Shown here: positions 10,700-19,061 of the stretch, one piece after another
Position numbering within the stretch: position 1 is the stretch's first letter
How the letters are laid out: each line of letters starts with the position of its first letter
Source of the DNA: an uncultured Thiotrichales bacterium
GTDB lineage: Bacteria > Pseudomonadota > Gammaproteobacteria > Francisellales > CACEW01
NCBI GenBank assembly: GCA_903870015.1
Contig: CAIQBE010000020.1
Span: 3,143 to 67,142 of the forward strand
Direction of reading: 5' to 3'
Length of the DNA stretch: 64,000 nt
Program-made: the position numbers and the translations under genes
The notes under the pieces: generated by a model
Told to the model about the DNA's origin: nothing
Databases searched by the model: none
The model's input: the letters and a program-made list of their open reading frames with translations, nothing else

Positions 10700-11582
10700 A
10701 CGCTTTCAAGCCATTTGTAATACCCGCGTAGAGCGAGTCTTTCAGACTTTTTTATTTATTGATGCCAAAGAGCATGAATTTACTGAGTGGCACAAAGCGC
10801 TGCTCTACAGCCTACTGGATGGAGGCAAACGCATACGTGCCATGCTTTGCATTGCCACAGGCATTCTGTATAACATCCCCGAGGCCGAACTTGACCTTTA
10901 CGCCGCAGCCATCGAAATGACCCATGCTTTTTCGCTGATTCATGATGACTTACCCGCCATGGATAACGACACCTTAAGAAGAGGCAAACCAACGTCACAC
11001 ATAGCTTTTGGAGAAGCTAATGCTATCCTTGCCGGCGACGCCCTCAACACTGCTGCTTACGAATTACTCGCAGGCGTGATCACACCACACTTTAGCAGCC
11101 TAAAACGCCTAAAAGCCATTAAAGCACTAAGTGATTCCGCAGGGTTTCGCGGCATGTGCGCCGGACAATATCTTGATGTTAATCCTGATAAAAACACGCT
11201 AACGCTGGCGGGGCTAGAACATTTACATGCGCTTAAAACTGGCAAACTCATTGAGGCATGTATCAAATTACCACTTATTTATGCAGAAGCCAGCGCAGAT
11301 GATGAAACTCGACTATTAAAATTCGCACAATACTTTGGACTGATTTTTCAAATTCAAGATGATATTCTTGATGTTGAAGGCGAAACAACTCGCTTAGGCA
11401 AAACCGCCCTAAAAGACCAAAACCTCAATAAACTCACGTACCCAAGCATCATGGGCGTAGAAGGCGCAAAAAAACACCGCGATGAGCTCTATCATAAAGC
11501 CAAAGCTTTGCTCACCTCTTTTGCGACACAGGCCGACTTTTTAATATTGTTACTTGATTTTGCTACCCACAGGGATCATTAA
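10686..11582 (+). CDS. ispA: Farnesyl diphosphate synthase
   Basis: First Asp-rich motif [20 protein letters not shown] and second motif FQIQDDILD. Confidence 0.92.
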   Translation: MSPLKRFQAICNTRVERVFQTFLFIDAKEHEFTEWHKALLYSLLDGGKRIRAMLCIATGILYNIPEAELDLYAAAIEMTHAFSLIHDDLPAMDNDTLRRGKPTSHIAFGEANAILAGDALNTAAYELLAGVITPHFSSLKRLKAIKALSDSAGFRGMCAGQYLDVNPDKNTLTLAGLEHLHALKTGKLIEACIKLPLIYAEASADDETRLLKFAQYFGLIFQIQDDILDVEGETTRLGKTALKDQNLNKLTYPSIMGVEGAKKHRDELYHKAKALLTSFATQADFLILLLDFATHRDH

Positions 11583-12472
11583 TGCAACAAGAAATCGCCC
11601 AATTTCTTGACTATCTCTTTGCGCAAAAACATTACTCTGAACATACCCGCAGCGCCTATTCCAGGGATCTTGATGACTGCCTTAAGTTTTTAGAAAGTCG
11701 CAAAATCACCGCCTGGCAAAATGTCGATGCCAAAATATTACAAATATGGCTCGCCCACGGCCGCGAACGCAATCTTGCTGCCAAGAGTTTACAGCGCATG
11801 CTCTCATCCGTACGCTCTTTTTATCAATTTTTAATGAAAGAACATAAAGCCAAAGTAAACCCAGCCATTAACCTACGCGCACCTAAATCCGAACGACGCT
11901 TACCCGATGCGCTACAAGTAGAAGAAACAGGATTTTTACTCAACTACCAAGATGATGACCCACTCGCCGTAAGGGACTTAGCAATGCTAGAACTGACATA
12001 TGCCTCAGGCCTGCGACTCTCTGAAATTACTAATTTACAACTTCCTGAAATCGACTGGAACGAGCAAACCTTAAGAATTACCGGAAAAGGCAACAAAACG
12101 CGCCTCATTCCTTTTGGCAAAACCGCACGCACCCGCCTGGAAGCATGGCTTACCATCCGCCCGAATTTTTTACGCGGTGAGCATAGCATTGTATTTGTCG
12201 GTAAAACTGGAAAACCCTTAACCCCGAGAGCCGTTGAACAACGTTTTGCCCGCTGGGGCGAATTATGCGGCATGAAACTGCACCCACACCAATTTCGCCA
12301 CAGTTTCGCCACACATTTACTACAATCCAGTGGCGACCTAAGGGCTGTACAGGAATTATTAGGCCATAGCGATATCAGCACGACACAAGTTTACACCCAC
12401 CTAGATTTTCAAAATCTACTCAAAACCTACGAAGCCGCTCATCCACGCGCTAAGAAAACGCTTATACCATAA
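11582..12472 (+). CDS. xerC: Tyrosine recombinase XerC
   Basis: RHSFATHLL and [18 protein letters not shown]...AHPRAKK (XerC-like C-terminus). TAATG overlap with the ispA stop. Confidence 0.85.
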   Translation: MQQEIAQFLDYLFAQKHYSEHTRSAYSRDLDDCLKFLESRKITAWQNVDAKILQIWLAHGRERNLAAKSLQRMLSSVRSFYQFLMKEHKAKVNPAINLRAPKSERRLPDALQVEETGFLLNYQDDDPLAVRDLAMLELTYASGLRLSEITNLQLPEIDWNEQTLRITGKGNKTRLIPFGKTARTRLEAWLTIRPNFLRGEHSIVFVGKTGKPLTPRAVEQRFARWGELCGMKLHPHQFRHSFATHLLQSSGDLRAVQELLGHSDISTTQVYTHLDFQNLLKTYEAAHPRAKKTLIP

Positions 12473-12542
12473 TTTAAAAACCTATGCGCAGCTCGCATCT
12501 TGAAGCACCAATCCGTTATAATAACTTGCATTTTCAAAAAAG

Positions 12543-12558
12543 ATCAGTGTATACTGAT
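12543..12558. promoter_or_regulatory. Palindrome ATCAGT-GTAT-ACTGAT upstream of ssb (candidate operator)
   Basis: 6-bp perfect inverted repeat with a 4-bp spacer, 19-31 nt upstream of the possible ssb starts. No binding factor can be assigned. Confidence 0.3.
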
Positions 12559-12576
12559 GGTATTTTAAACAACTAG

Positions 12577-13095
12577 ATGGGTAATATTATGTCAAAAGGA
12601 ACGCTTAACAAAGTCATTTTAATCGGCCGCCTAGGCGCGGACCCTGAAGTACGCTACATGCCAAGTGGTGGCGCAGTCACAAACTTACGCCTGGCGACGA
12701 ATGATGGCTACAAAGACAAAACTAGCGGACAATTTATCGAAAACACCGAATGGCACCGCGTGGTGTTATTTAATAAACTTGCTGAAGTTGCAGGACAATA
12801 TGCACAAAAAGGCAAATTAATTTACATCGAAGGCCGTATTCGCACAAACAAATGGCAAGACCAGTCAGGCCAAGATCGCTTCACAACAGAAATTGTCGCA
12901 AATGAAATGCAATTTTTAGGCGGCAATGGCGCCGGCGGACGCGATGACGGCATGGATGATGGCGCATCATTTCCTAAACCCGCAGCAGCGGCTGCACCAA
13001 AAAGCGCAGCAAAATCAGCACAACAACCCCCAATGCCAACATCCGCACCACCTGATATGGACGGAAAATTTGAGGACGATGACATACCATTCTAG
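12577..13095 (+). CDS. ssb: Single-stranded DNA-binding protein
   Basis: OB-fold N-terminus ([14 protein letters not shown]), Gly/Ala/Pro-rich linker, acidic tail DDDIPF. The start may be the Met at 12589. Confidence 0.95.
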   Translation: MGNIMSKGTLNKVILIGRLGADPEVRYMPSGGAVTNLRLATNDGYKDKTSGQFIENTEWHRVVLFNKLAEVAGQYAQKGKLIYIEGRIRTNKWQDQSGQDRFTTEIVANEMQFLGGNGAGGRDDGMDDGASFPKPAAAAAPKSAAKSAQQPPMPTSAPPDMDGKFEDDDIPF

Positions 13096-13114
13096 GGATA
13101 ACTAAATGAGACCC

Positions 13115-13139
13115 ATGCAAGCGCCAAAAACGCTTGCAT
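13115..13139. terminator. Hairpin between convergent ssb and the oxygenase gene
   Basis: ATGCAAGCG-ccaaaaa-CGCTTGCAT, a perfect 9-bp stem. Confidence 0.5.
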
Positions 13140-13144
13140 CGGCG

Positions 13145-14008
13145 TTACATCTTATCTTTTTTAGTACCGAGCTCACGCAAGCGCTCCATCAAATAGCTTT
13201 GCGCAGTGTAGCGATCAGAAAGCACGACTTCAGGATGAGGATGCAAAAATAATGGCATCGACAAACGCTCTTTGGTTTTATCAGTACCCGCGGGATTTAA
13301 CACCCGATGCGTAGTCGATTTATAAAAGAAGTCTGTAGCCTCTTGCAACATATCACCGATATTTACAATCAAAGTCCCAGGCTCTGGAAACACATCAATC
13401 CAAGCACCATCAGCACCTTTCACCTGCAAACCCGGCTCAGTCGCAGCTGGCAATAGCGTAATCAAATTAATATCTTCATGCTCAGCCGCACGAATAGCAT
13501 GAAGCTCTTCATCCCCAGTTAAGCCAGGATAATGAATAATACGAAATTGCGATTGCTCCATACATAACATAGAAGATAAGGACTGACCTAATTTTTGACG
13601 TGCAGCCTCTGGCATATGGGCCTCAAGCCAGGTTAATAAGGTTTTTCCCAAAGCAAAAAGCTCATTGAACAATTCGCGCGTGAGCGGACCAATCTCATGA
13701 GGGTAGCGCCCATGAGGAAAATACAACATATAAAACTCTTTAATATCGCGCACAGTAGCGCCCTTCGCTTTTTCCGCAATTTCAAGCGGCATATAACCAT
13801 TCTGATCAATCGAATCTGCACTCAAACTCGCTTGATAATTAAATTTAGCATCAGAATAAAAAAACTTTAACCACTCGGCATACACTGCCTGGATTTTCTC
13901 CCAAGAAATCGGATGATTTTTTAAAACGCCAAATCCCGTCTCTTGTAAAGACAAAGCAAACTGCTCTGGCGCATTTGTATCATGATAATCCACGGTTAAA
14001 ATTTTCAT
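13145..14008 (-). CDS. 2-oxoglutarate/Fe(II)-dependent oxygenase (isopenicillin N synthase family)
   Basis: 287 aa. H-x-D facial triad in AAEHEDINLITLL and distal His in STTHRV. AAGGGAG Shine-Dalgarno upstream. Confidence 0.8.
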   Translation of the reverse strand: MKILTVDYHDTNAPEQFALSLQETGFGVLKNHPISWEKIQAVYAEWLKFFYSDAKFNYQASLSADSIDQNGYMPLEIAEKAKGATVRDIKEFYMLYFPHGRYPHEIGPLTRELFNELFALGKTLLTWLEAHMPEAARQKLGQSLSSMLCMEQSQFRIIHYPGLTGDEELHAIRAAEHEDINLITLLPAATEPGLQVKGADGAWIDVFPEPGTLIVNIGDMLQEATDFFYKSTTHRVLNPAGTDKTKERLSMPLFLHPHPEVVLSDRYTAQSYLMERLRELGTKKDKM

Positions 14009-14056
14009 TTAGTCACTCCCTTATTTAAGACTGCTGGATAACCCTGGTATACCCCA

Positions 14057-14108
14057 CCGGCATCATCCTTCGAATTTTTGGAAAAAAAATTGCGGAGGAT
14101 GATGCCGG
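14057..14108. promoter_or_regulatory. Long hairpin / 13-bp perfect inverted repeat in a divergent promoter region
   Basis: CCGGCATCATCCT(tcg)...(cgg)AGGATGATGCCGG. Extends to about 16 bp with one G-T pair. The 20-nt A/T loop is itself partly self-complementary. Confidence 0.45.
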
Positions 14109-14199
14109 AGTTATGCAGCAATATTTTATTGTAAATGAGCACAGTATACATAAGCCTTAAATTATTGCAAAATAAGCCAAACCTAACATTGCCACTTTT

Positions 14200-14865
14200 A
14201 TGGATCACATACACCAAATTATTGATATTGTCCTGCACCTTAATCTCTACGTCGGACAAATGGTAGAACAATACCACTTTTTTACCTGCGCCATTCTGAT
14301 GTTAATTATTTTTGCTGAAACCGGCCTAGTAGTCGCACCTTTTTTACCAGGCGATTCATTATTATTTGCCAGTGGCCTAGTATTTGCAACAACAAACTAT
14401 AATATTTTTGTCATTATCTGCTTATTTATTATTGCTGCTTTTTTAGGAGATAACAGTAATTATTGGATCGGACGCTTGATTGGCAGACGCATCTGTAAAC
14501 GCTACCCTAAAATCTTTAAGCCCCAATATTTAATAGCCACCGAAAACTTCTATGAAAAATATGGCGTCATGGCGATTGTTTTTGCCCGTTTTTTACCATT
14601 GCTACGCACCTTCATCCCCTTCTTTGCCGGCTTTAGTCACATGCTCTATCGCAGATTTTTATTAGCCAGCTTTGCAAGCGCATCGCTCTGGGTAGGATTA
14701 TTTACACTGGCAGGCTATTATTTTGGGGGCATGCCTTGGGTACAAAAAAACTTCTCCCTCGTTATCTCGATCATCATTGTCGTCTCAATGCTCCCCGCCA
14801 CATATGAGTTTGTCATGTATCACGCCTACAAAAAAAAACGGCCTAAAAAAGAAGAGAAGCTGTGA
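14200..14865 (+). CDS. DedA family inner membrane protein
   Basis: 221 aa, multiple TM segments, DedA motif FAETGLVVAPFLPGDSLLF. Confidence 0.85.
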   Translation: MDHIHQIIDIVLHLNLYVGQMVEQYHFFTCAILMLIIFAETGLVVAPFLPGDSLLFASGLVFATTNYNIFVIICLFIIAAFLGDNSNYWIGRLIGRRICKRYPKIFKPQYLIATENFYEKYGVMAIVFARFLPLLRTFIPFFAGFSHMLYRRFLLASFASASLWVGLFTLAGYYFGGMPWVQKNFSLVISIIIVVSMLPATYEFVMYHAYKKKRPKKEEKL

Positions 14866-14868
14866 CCT

Positions 14869-16398
14869 ATGTTCAAACTTTTTAAAAACCACTTTCAACC
14901 GCATTTTAGTGAAATGCAGCAAACCAAGCTGAATGATTTATTTACACAAGAAAAAAATCGCTATACCGCTTATCAACAAAGCGCAGCCGGTCTGACCTTA
15001 GATTTTTGCAGACAGCCAATCACCAAGGCTACGCTTGAACTCCTCGAAAGCTTTGCCAATCAAGTTGATTTAAAAAAGAAGATTCACGCTATGTTTACTG
15101 GTGAAAAAATCAATCAAAGCGAAGATCGCAGCGTATTACACACCGCCTTACGTGGCAGCAACGACCCAGCTTTAAATGCCAAAATAGCCATTGAACATGA
15201 AAAAATGAACGCTATTGTCACCCAACTACATCAAAAAACTTGGCTAGGTGCTAGCGGCAAAATAATCACGGACATTGTTAATTTAGGCATCGGCGGCTCT
15301 GATCTAGGCCCACGCATGGTGGTCTCGGCCTTGAAACCTTACCATTACCCCGACCTAAAAGTACACTTCGTTGCTAATGTCGACGGGACGGATATTGACG
15401 AAACTTTAAAAAATCTTAATCCTGAAACGACGCTTTTTATCATTGCCTCTAAATCATTTAGCACCCAAGAAACATTGCTCAACGCACAGACCGCAAAAGC
15501 CTGGCTCAGCAAAGCATTACCCAAAACATCATTACACCAACACTTTATTGGCATTACTTCACAACCTGAAAAAGCCATCAATTGGGGCATTCACCAAAAT
15601 CATCTTTTAGAAATGTGGGATTTTGTCGGTGGTCGCTATTCTTTATGGTCAAGCATCGGCCTACCCATTGCATTACAAATAGGAATGACGCATTTTAATG
15701 CATTACTCAAAGGCGCCCATGAACTCGACCAACATTTTTTAGAGGCAACACCCAAACAAAATTTACCCATACTGCTCGCCTTTTTAAGTGTAATGAATCA
15801 AAATTTTTATGGCGCTCAAAGCCATGCAATTCTTGCCTATAACCAATATCTCGAACTCTTCCCCACCTATATGCAACAAGTGGATATGGAAAGTAACGGC
15901 AAATCAGTAACAATAGATAATAAAGCCGTAGATTATCAAACTGGGGTAGTATTGTGGGGCGGCGTTGGCACGAATGGTCAACACTCTTTTCATCAATTAT
16001 TACATCAGGGCACTTTACGCATCCCTGTTGATTTTATTTTGGCACTCACCGCCCACCATCCTCATAAAGAACAGCAAGAGGCGTTAATTGCAAACTGCCT
16101 AGCACAAGCCGAAGCTTTAAGTCATGGCAACAGCAAACAAAACCCAACCATGGCCAAGTTAGTCCCCGGCAATCACCCCTCTAATCTCATCTTTATGGAG
16201 GCATTAACGCCAAAAACATTAGGCTCACTGATCGCACTGTATGAGCATAAAATTTTTGTACAAAGCTTATTCTGGGAGATCAATGCGTTTGACCAATGGG
16301 GTGTCGAATTAGGCAAGCAACTTGCAGGCCCCTTACTCAGCAAAATACAAAAAATTAGTGGTATTTCAGTGAAAGCACTGACCGAGATTTTGCCATAA
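14869..16398 (+). CDS. pgi: Glucose-6-phosphate isomerase
   Basis: 509 aa. IGIGGSDLGP, SKSFSTQET and GGRYSLWS signatures. Confidence 0.95.
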   Translation: MFKLFKNHFQPHFSEMQQTKLNDLFTQEKNRYTAYQQSAAGLTLDFCRQPITKATLELLESFANQVDLKKKIHAMFTGEKINQSEDRSVLHTALRGSNDPALNAKIAIEHEKMNAIVTQLHQKTWLGASGKIITDIVNLGIGGSDLGPRMVVSALKPYHYPDLKVHFVANVDGTDIDETLKNLNPETTLFIIASKSFSTQETLLNAQTAKAWLSKALPKTSLHQHFIGITSQPEKAINWGIHQNHLLEMWDFVGGRYSLWSSIGLPIALQIGMTHFNALLKGAHELDQHFLEATPKQNLPILLAFLSVMNQNFYGAQSHAILAYNQYLELFPTYMQQVDMESNGKSVTIDNKAVDYQTGVVLWGGVGTNGQHSFHQLLHQGTLRIPVDFILALTAHHPHKEQQEALIANCLAQAEALSHGNSKQNPTMAKLVPGNHPSNLIFMEALTPKTLGSLIALYEHKIFVQSLFWEINAFDQWGVELGKQLAGPLLSKIQKISGISVKALTEILP

Positions 16399-16525
16399 TC
16401 TATACATTTGTGAGAATAGCGTGAAAATTCAAGTAAATAATCGTTGCAATGCCATTATTTTTTTAATACAATGACGATTAAAATACTATAAGTGAACTTT
16501 AAACTGTAACATTAGGAGCAAAAAA

Positions 16526-17158
16526 ATGGTCTATGGATACCTAACAATCGATGAAAAAGAAGAAGGTAACAACGAGGACAAACTCAAATTAGAAGCCGCA
16601 GCAAAAAAACTGGATATCAAATTTAAAACTTTAGTAGAAGACCCCCAGCCTAACCGTATTGACTGGAAATTGCGCGAACTGAACGAGCTCATCAAAACCA
16701 TGAAAAAAGGCGAAACACTCGCAACCTACGAAGCACTCAATCTTTCACGCTCAGTGACTCAGCTCCTTGAAATTATTGAAGCTTTGGCAAAAAAAGGCAT
16801 TAACCTCCATTTGCTAAAACAAAATAAAATCATTCACCCAGAAGAACTCGTAGATACCAAAGCCTTTCTTGAAACAATCAAAAAAGCCGAATCCGAATAT
16901 GAAGACAAGCGCAACTCTGAACCTGTTGAAAAACGCAATCTTTCTGGTGTGCCACTGGGACGCCCCAAAGGCCGTCGTAACAAATCGCGTAAATTGGACA
17001 AACATTTACCCGAAATCAAAAAGTACTTAGCACTCAAAATCAGCAAGGCCTCTATCGCTAAGCTCATCGGCTGTCATGCGCAAACACTTTACAACTATCT
17101 TGAAGATAAAAACTTACTCGATGGTACTGAAGACAACGAGGAAGGCACTGAGGATTGA
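16526..17158 (+). CDS. Serine-recombinase (resolvase/invertase)-like protein lacking the catalytic Ser, with a C-terminal HTH
   Basis: 210 aa. N-terminus YGYLTIDEKEE aligns to GY(A/I)RVSTxxQ with Arg->Thr and Ser->Asp. KGETL...LNLSRSV...LLEII..L..KGI matches the resolvase core. C-terminus GRPKG...ISKASIAKLIGCHAQTLYNYL is a resolvase-type HTH. Confidence 0.65.
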   Translation: MVYGYLTIDEKEEGNNEDKLKLEAAAKKLDIKFKTLVEDPQPNRIDWKLRELNELIKTMKKGETLATYEALNLSRSVTQLLEIIEALAKKGINLHLLKQNKIIHPEELVDTKAFLETIKKAESEYEDKRNSEPVEKRNLSGVPLGRPKGRRNKSRKLDKHLPEIKKYLALKISKASIAKLIGCHAQTLYNYLEDKNLLDGTEDNEEGTED

Positions 17159-17718
17159 TAGCTCAACACCCTGCCACTATTTTTGTAGATCGTGACGGTG
17201 TAATTAATCAGGATAGTGATGCCTTTATCAAATCTCTGAGAGAATGGCATCCTATTCCTGGCAGCATCGAGGCATTGGCCGCCCTAAGCCAGCACTTTAA
17301 TGTCATTGTCATCACGAACCAATCCGGTATCGCTCGGGGGCTATTAACAACCACTGATCTTAATGCCATGCATACAGAACTGAAAAAGCAAGTGTGCGCG
17401 AAAGGCGGCACTATCACTGATATTTTATATTGCCCCCACGGCCCTGATGACTTATGCAACTGCCGTAAACCGAAGCCCGGCCTACTCCTACAAGCACAAA
17501 AAAAACATATGCTGAAGCTTAAAAATAGCTGGTGCATCGGCGATTCATATCGTGACTTAGAAGCTGGCCTCGCTGTGGGCACGCAAGTAGCTCTCGTTCG
17601 AACCGGCAAAGGCCTGCGAACGCTTACCCAACACCCTGACCTAGAAAAGACCTACCCTATTTTTGATGATTTAAACACTTTTAGCACCTGGATACTCAAA
17701 AAGGACATATCATGCTAA
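17155..17718 (+). CDS. gmhB: D-glycero-beta-D-manno-heptose 1,7-bisphosphate 7-phosphatase
   Basis: HAD motif FVDRDGVIN and zinc-finger insert CPHGPDDLCNCRKPKPG. TTG start in a TTGA overlap with the upstream stop. Confidence 0.85.
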   Translation: MIAQHPATIFVDRDGVINQDSDAFIKSLREWHPIPGSIEALAALSQHFNVIVITNQSGIARGLLTTTDLNAMHTELKKQVCAKGGTITDILYCPHGPDDLCNCRKPKPGLLLQAQKKHMLKLKNSWCIGDSYRDLEAGLAVGTQVALVRTGKGLRTLTQHPDLEKTYPIFDDLNTFSTWILKKDISC

Positions 17719-18725
17719 TCCTCTCTGGTGATGTCGGTGGCACCAAAACACGCTTACAACTAACTGAATTTAAAGATCAACACCATTTTAAAGTCATCGC
17801 GCGTGAGCAATATTTAAATCAAGAATATCCAAGCTTCACCGCGATTGTGACCCATTTTTTAACACAAAATAACACCACACCAACGAGCATCAAAGCCACC
17901 TGCTTTGCGGTCGCAGGCCCTATTATTCACGGAACCGTAAAATTTACCAATTTACCCTGGTACGTCGATGAACAAAAATTACGTGAAGATTTAGGCTTTA
18001 GCTCAGTCAAACTCATCAATGACTTCGAAGCCATAGGCTACGGCATTGATACTCTAAAAAAAGAAGAGATTCACACCTTACAAAACGGCGAATTCGTCAA
18101 AGAAAAAACTCGGGCTATTATTGGAGCAGGGACTGGTTTAGGCGTTGGTATCAGCGTCTTTGACGGCAAGCACTTTTATGTAATTCCCACCGAAGGCGGC
18201 CATGTTGATTTTGCACCAACGGATGATATCCAAATCGCCTTATTGCAGCATTTACGTAAAAAATTACATCGCGTATCGATCGAACGCTTAGTATCCGGTC
18301 AAGGCTTAGTGAATATCTACCACTTTGTTCGCGAGCACCCTCTCGCCAATGAACAGGAAAATCCAACCTTAAAAGCCGCACTACTGAACAGCGACGACGC
18401 CCCAGCCATTATCAGCGAATATGCCACACAACATCATGACGCCATGGCCGCACGTGCTTTAGATTTATTTATTCGTATTTATGGCGCCTCTGCCGGCAAC
18501 TTAGCCCTAACCACACTACCCTATTCTGGCATTTACATTGTCGGTGGCATTGCGCCAAAATTATTACCACAACTAACCGATGGTCGGTTTTTAAGAGCTT
18601 ACAATGACAAAGGCCGGATGTCGAATTTGCTATCAACCCTACCCATTTATATTGTGCTAGATACGCAAATCGGCCTACAAGGCGCAGCAAATTTTGCCTT
18701 AATGCATCATACACCTACTCACTAA
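17712..18725 (+). CDS. glk: Glucokinase
   Basis: 337 aa. ATP motif GDVGGTKTRL and a ROK-less Glk-type core. 7-nt overlap with gmhB. Confidence 0.9.
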   Translation: MLILSGDVGGTKTRLQLTEFKDQHHFKVIAREQYLNQEYPSFTAIVTHFLTQNNTTPTSIKATCFAVAGPIIHGTVKFTNLPWYVDEQKLREDLGFSSVKLINDFEAIGYGIDTLKKEEIHTLQNGEFVKEKTRAIIGAGTGLGVGISVFDGKHFYVIPTEGGHVDFAPTDDIQIALLQHLRKKLHRVSIERLVSGQGLVNIYHFVREHPLANEQENPTLKAALLNSDDAPAIISEYATQHHDAMAARALDLFIRIYGASAGNLALTTLPYSGIYIVGGIAPKLLPQLTDGRFLRAYNDKGRMSNLLSTLPIYIVLDTQIGLQGAANFALMHHTPTH

Positions 18726-18773
18726 AATTGTAACACTAAAAATTTTTGCTAAATGTATTTGAGAAGAGAAGCA

Positions 18774-19026
18774 ATGTTATTAGCATCAGGGGATCATAGC
18801 GCACAAACCAACTAGAAACTTGATCTTAGATTTAAAGAAAAAACACCCAACCCTCATGCTGATTGATCCAAGCGAAGTACTGTGCGCAGGCAATTATTGT
18901 CATTATGTTATTGACGGAATACCTGTGTACTATAACAATACAGACCCCGTTGGAATACAGAATAATGGGCACCTCACTGCAGCTGCATCCGAAAAAAATA
19001 GGTATTTTATACTTGAAAAACCATAA
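18774..19026 (+). pseudogene. Degraded remnant of an OafA-like acyltransferase SGNH domain
   Basis: A short frame MLLASGDHSAQ (GDSHA-like block I) runs into a stop. It is followed by a 68-aa frame resembling the C-terminal end of such domains (LIDPSEVLC...C...G.PVYYN...NGHLTAAAS). No N-terminal membrane domain is present. Confidence 0.45.
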
Positions 19027-19061
19027 GAACCCATTTTCACCGTAACTTAAGCAGCATCGTA

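Noticed and set aside
14095-14135. Tiny ORF (MMPELCSNILL) directly after GGAGG within the right arm of the 14.1-kb hairpin
   Set aside because: The SD-to-ATG spacing is 0-3 nt, too short for initiation. It is probably a coincidence of the hairpin sequence.
14005-14277. 90-aa minus-strand ORF upstream of the oxygenase, overlapping the dedA start
   Set aside because: It is AT-rich with no SD and no recognisable domain, and it overlaps the dedA 5' end and the promoter hairpin region. It is most likely non-coding.
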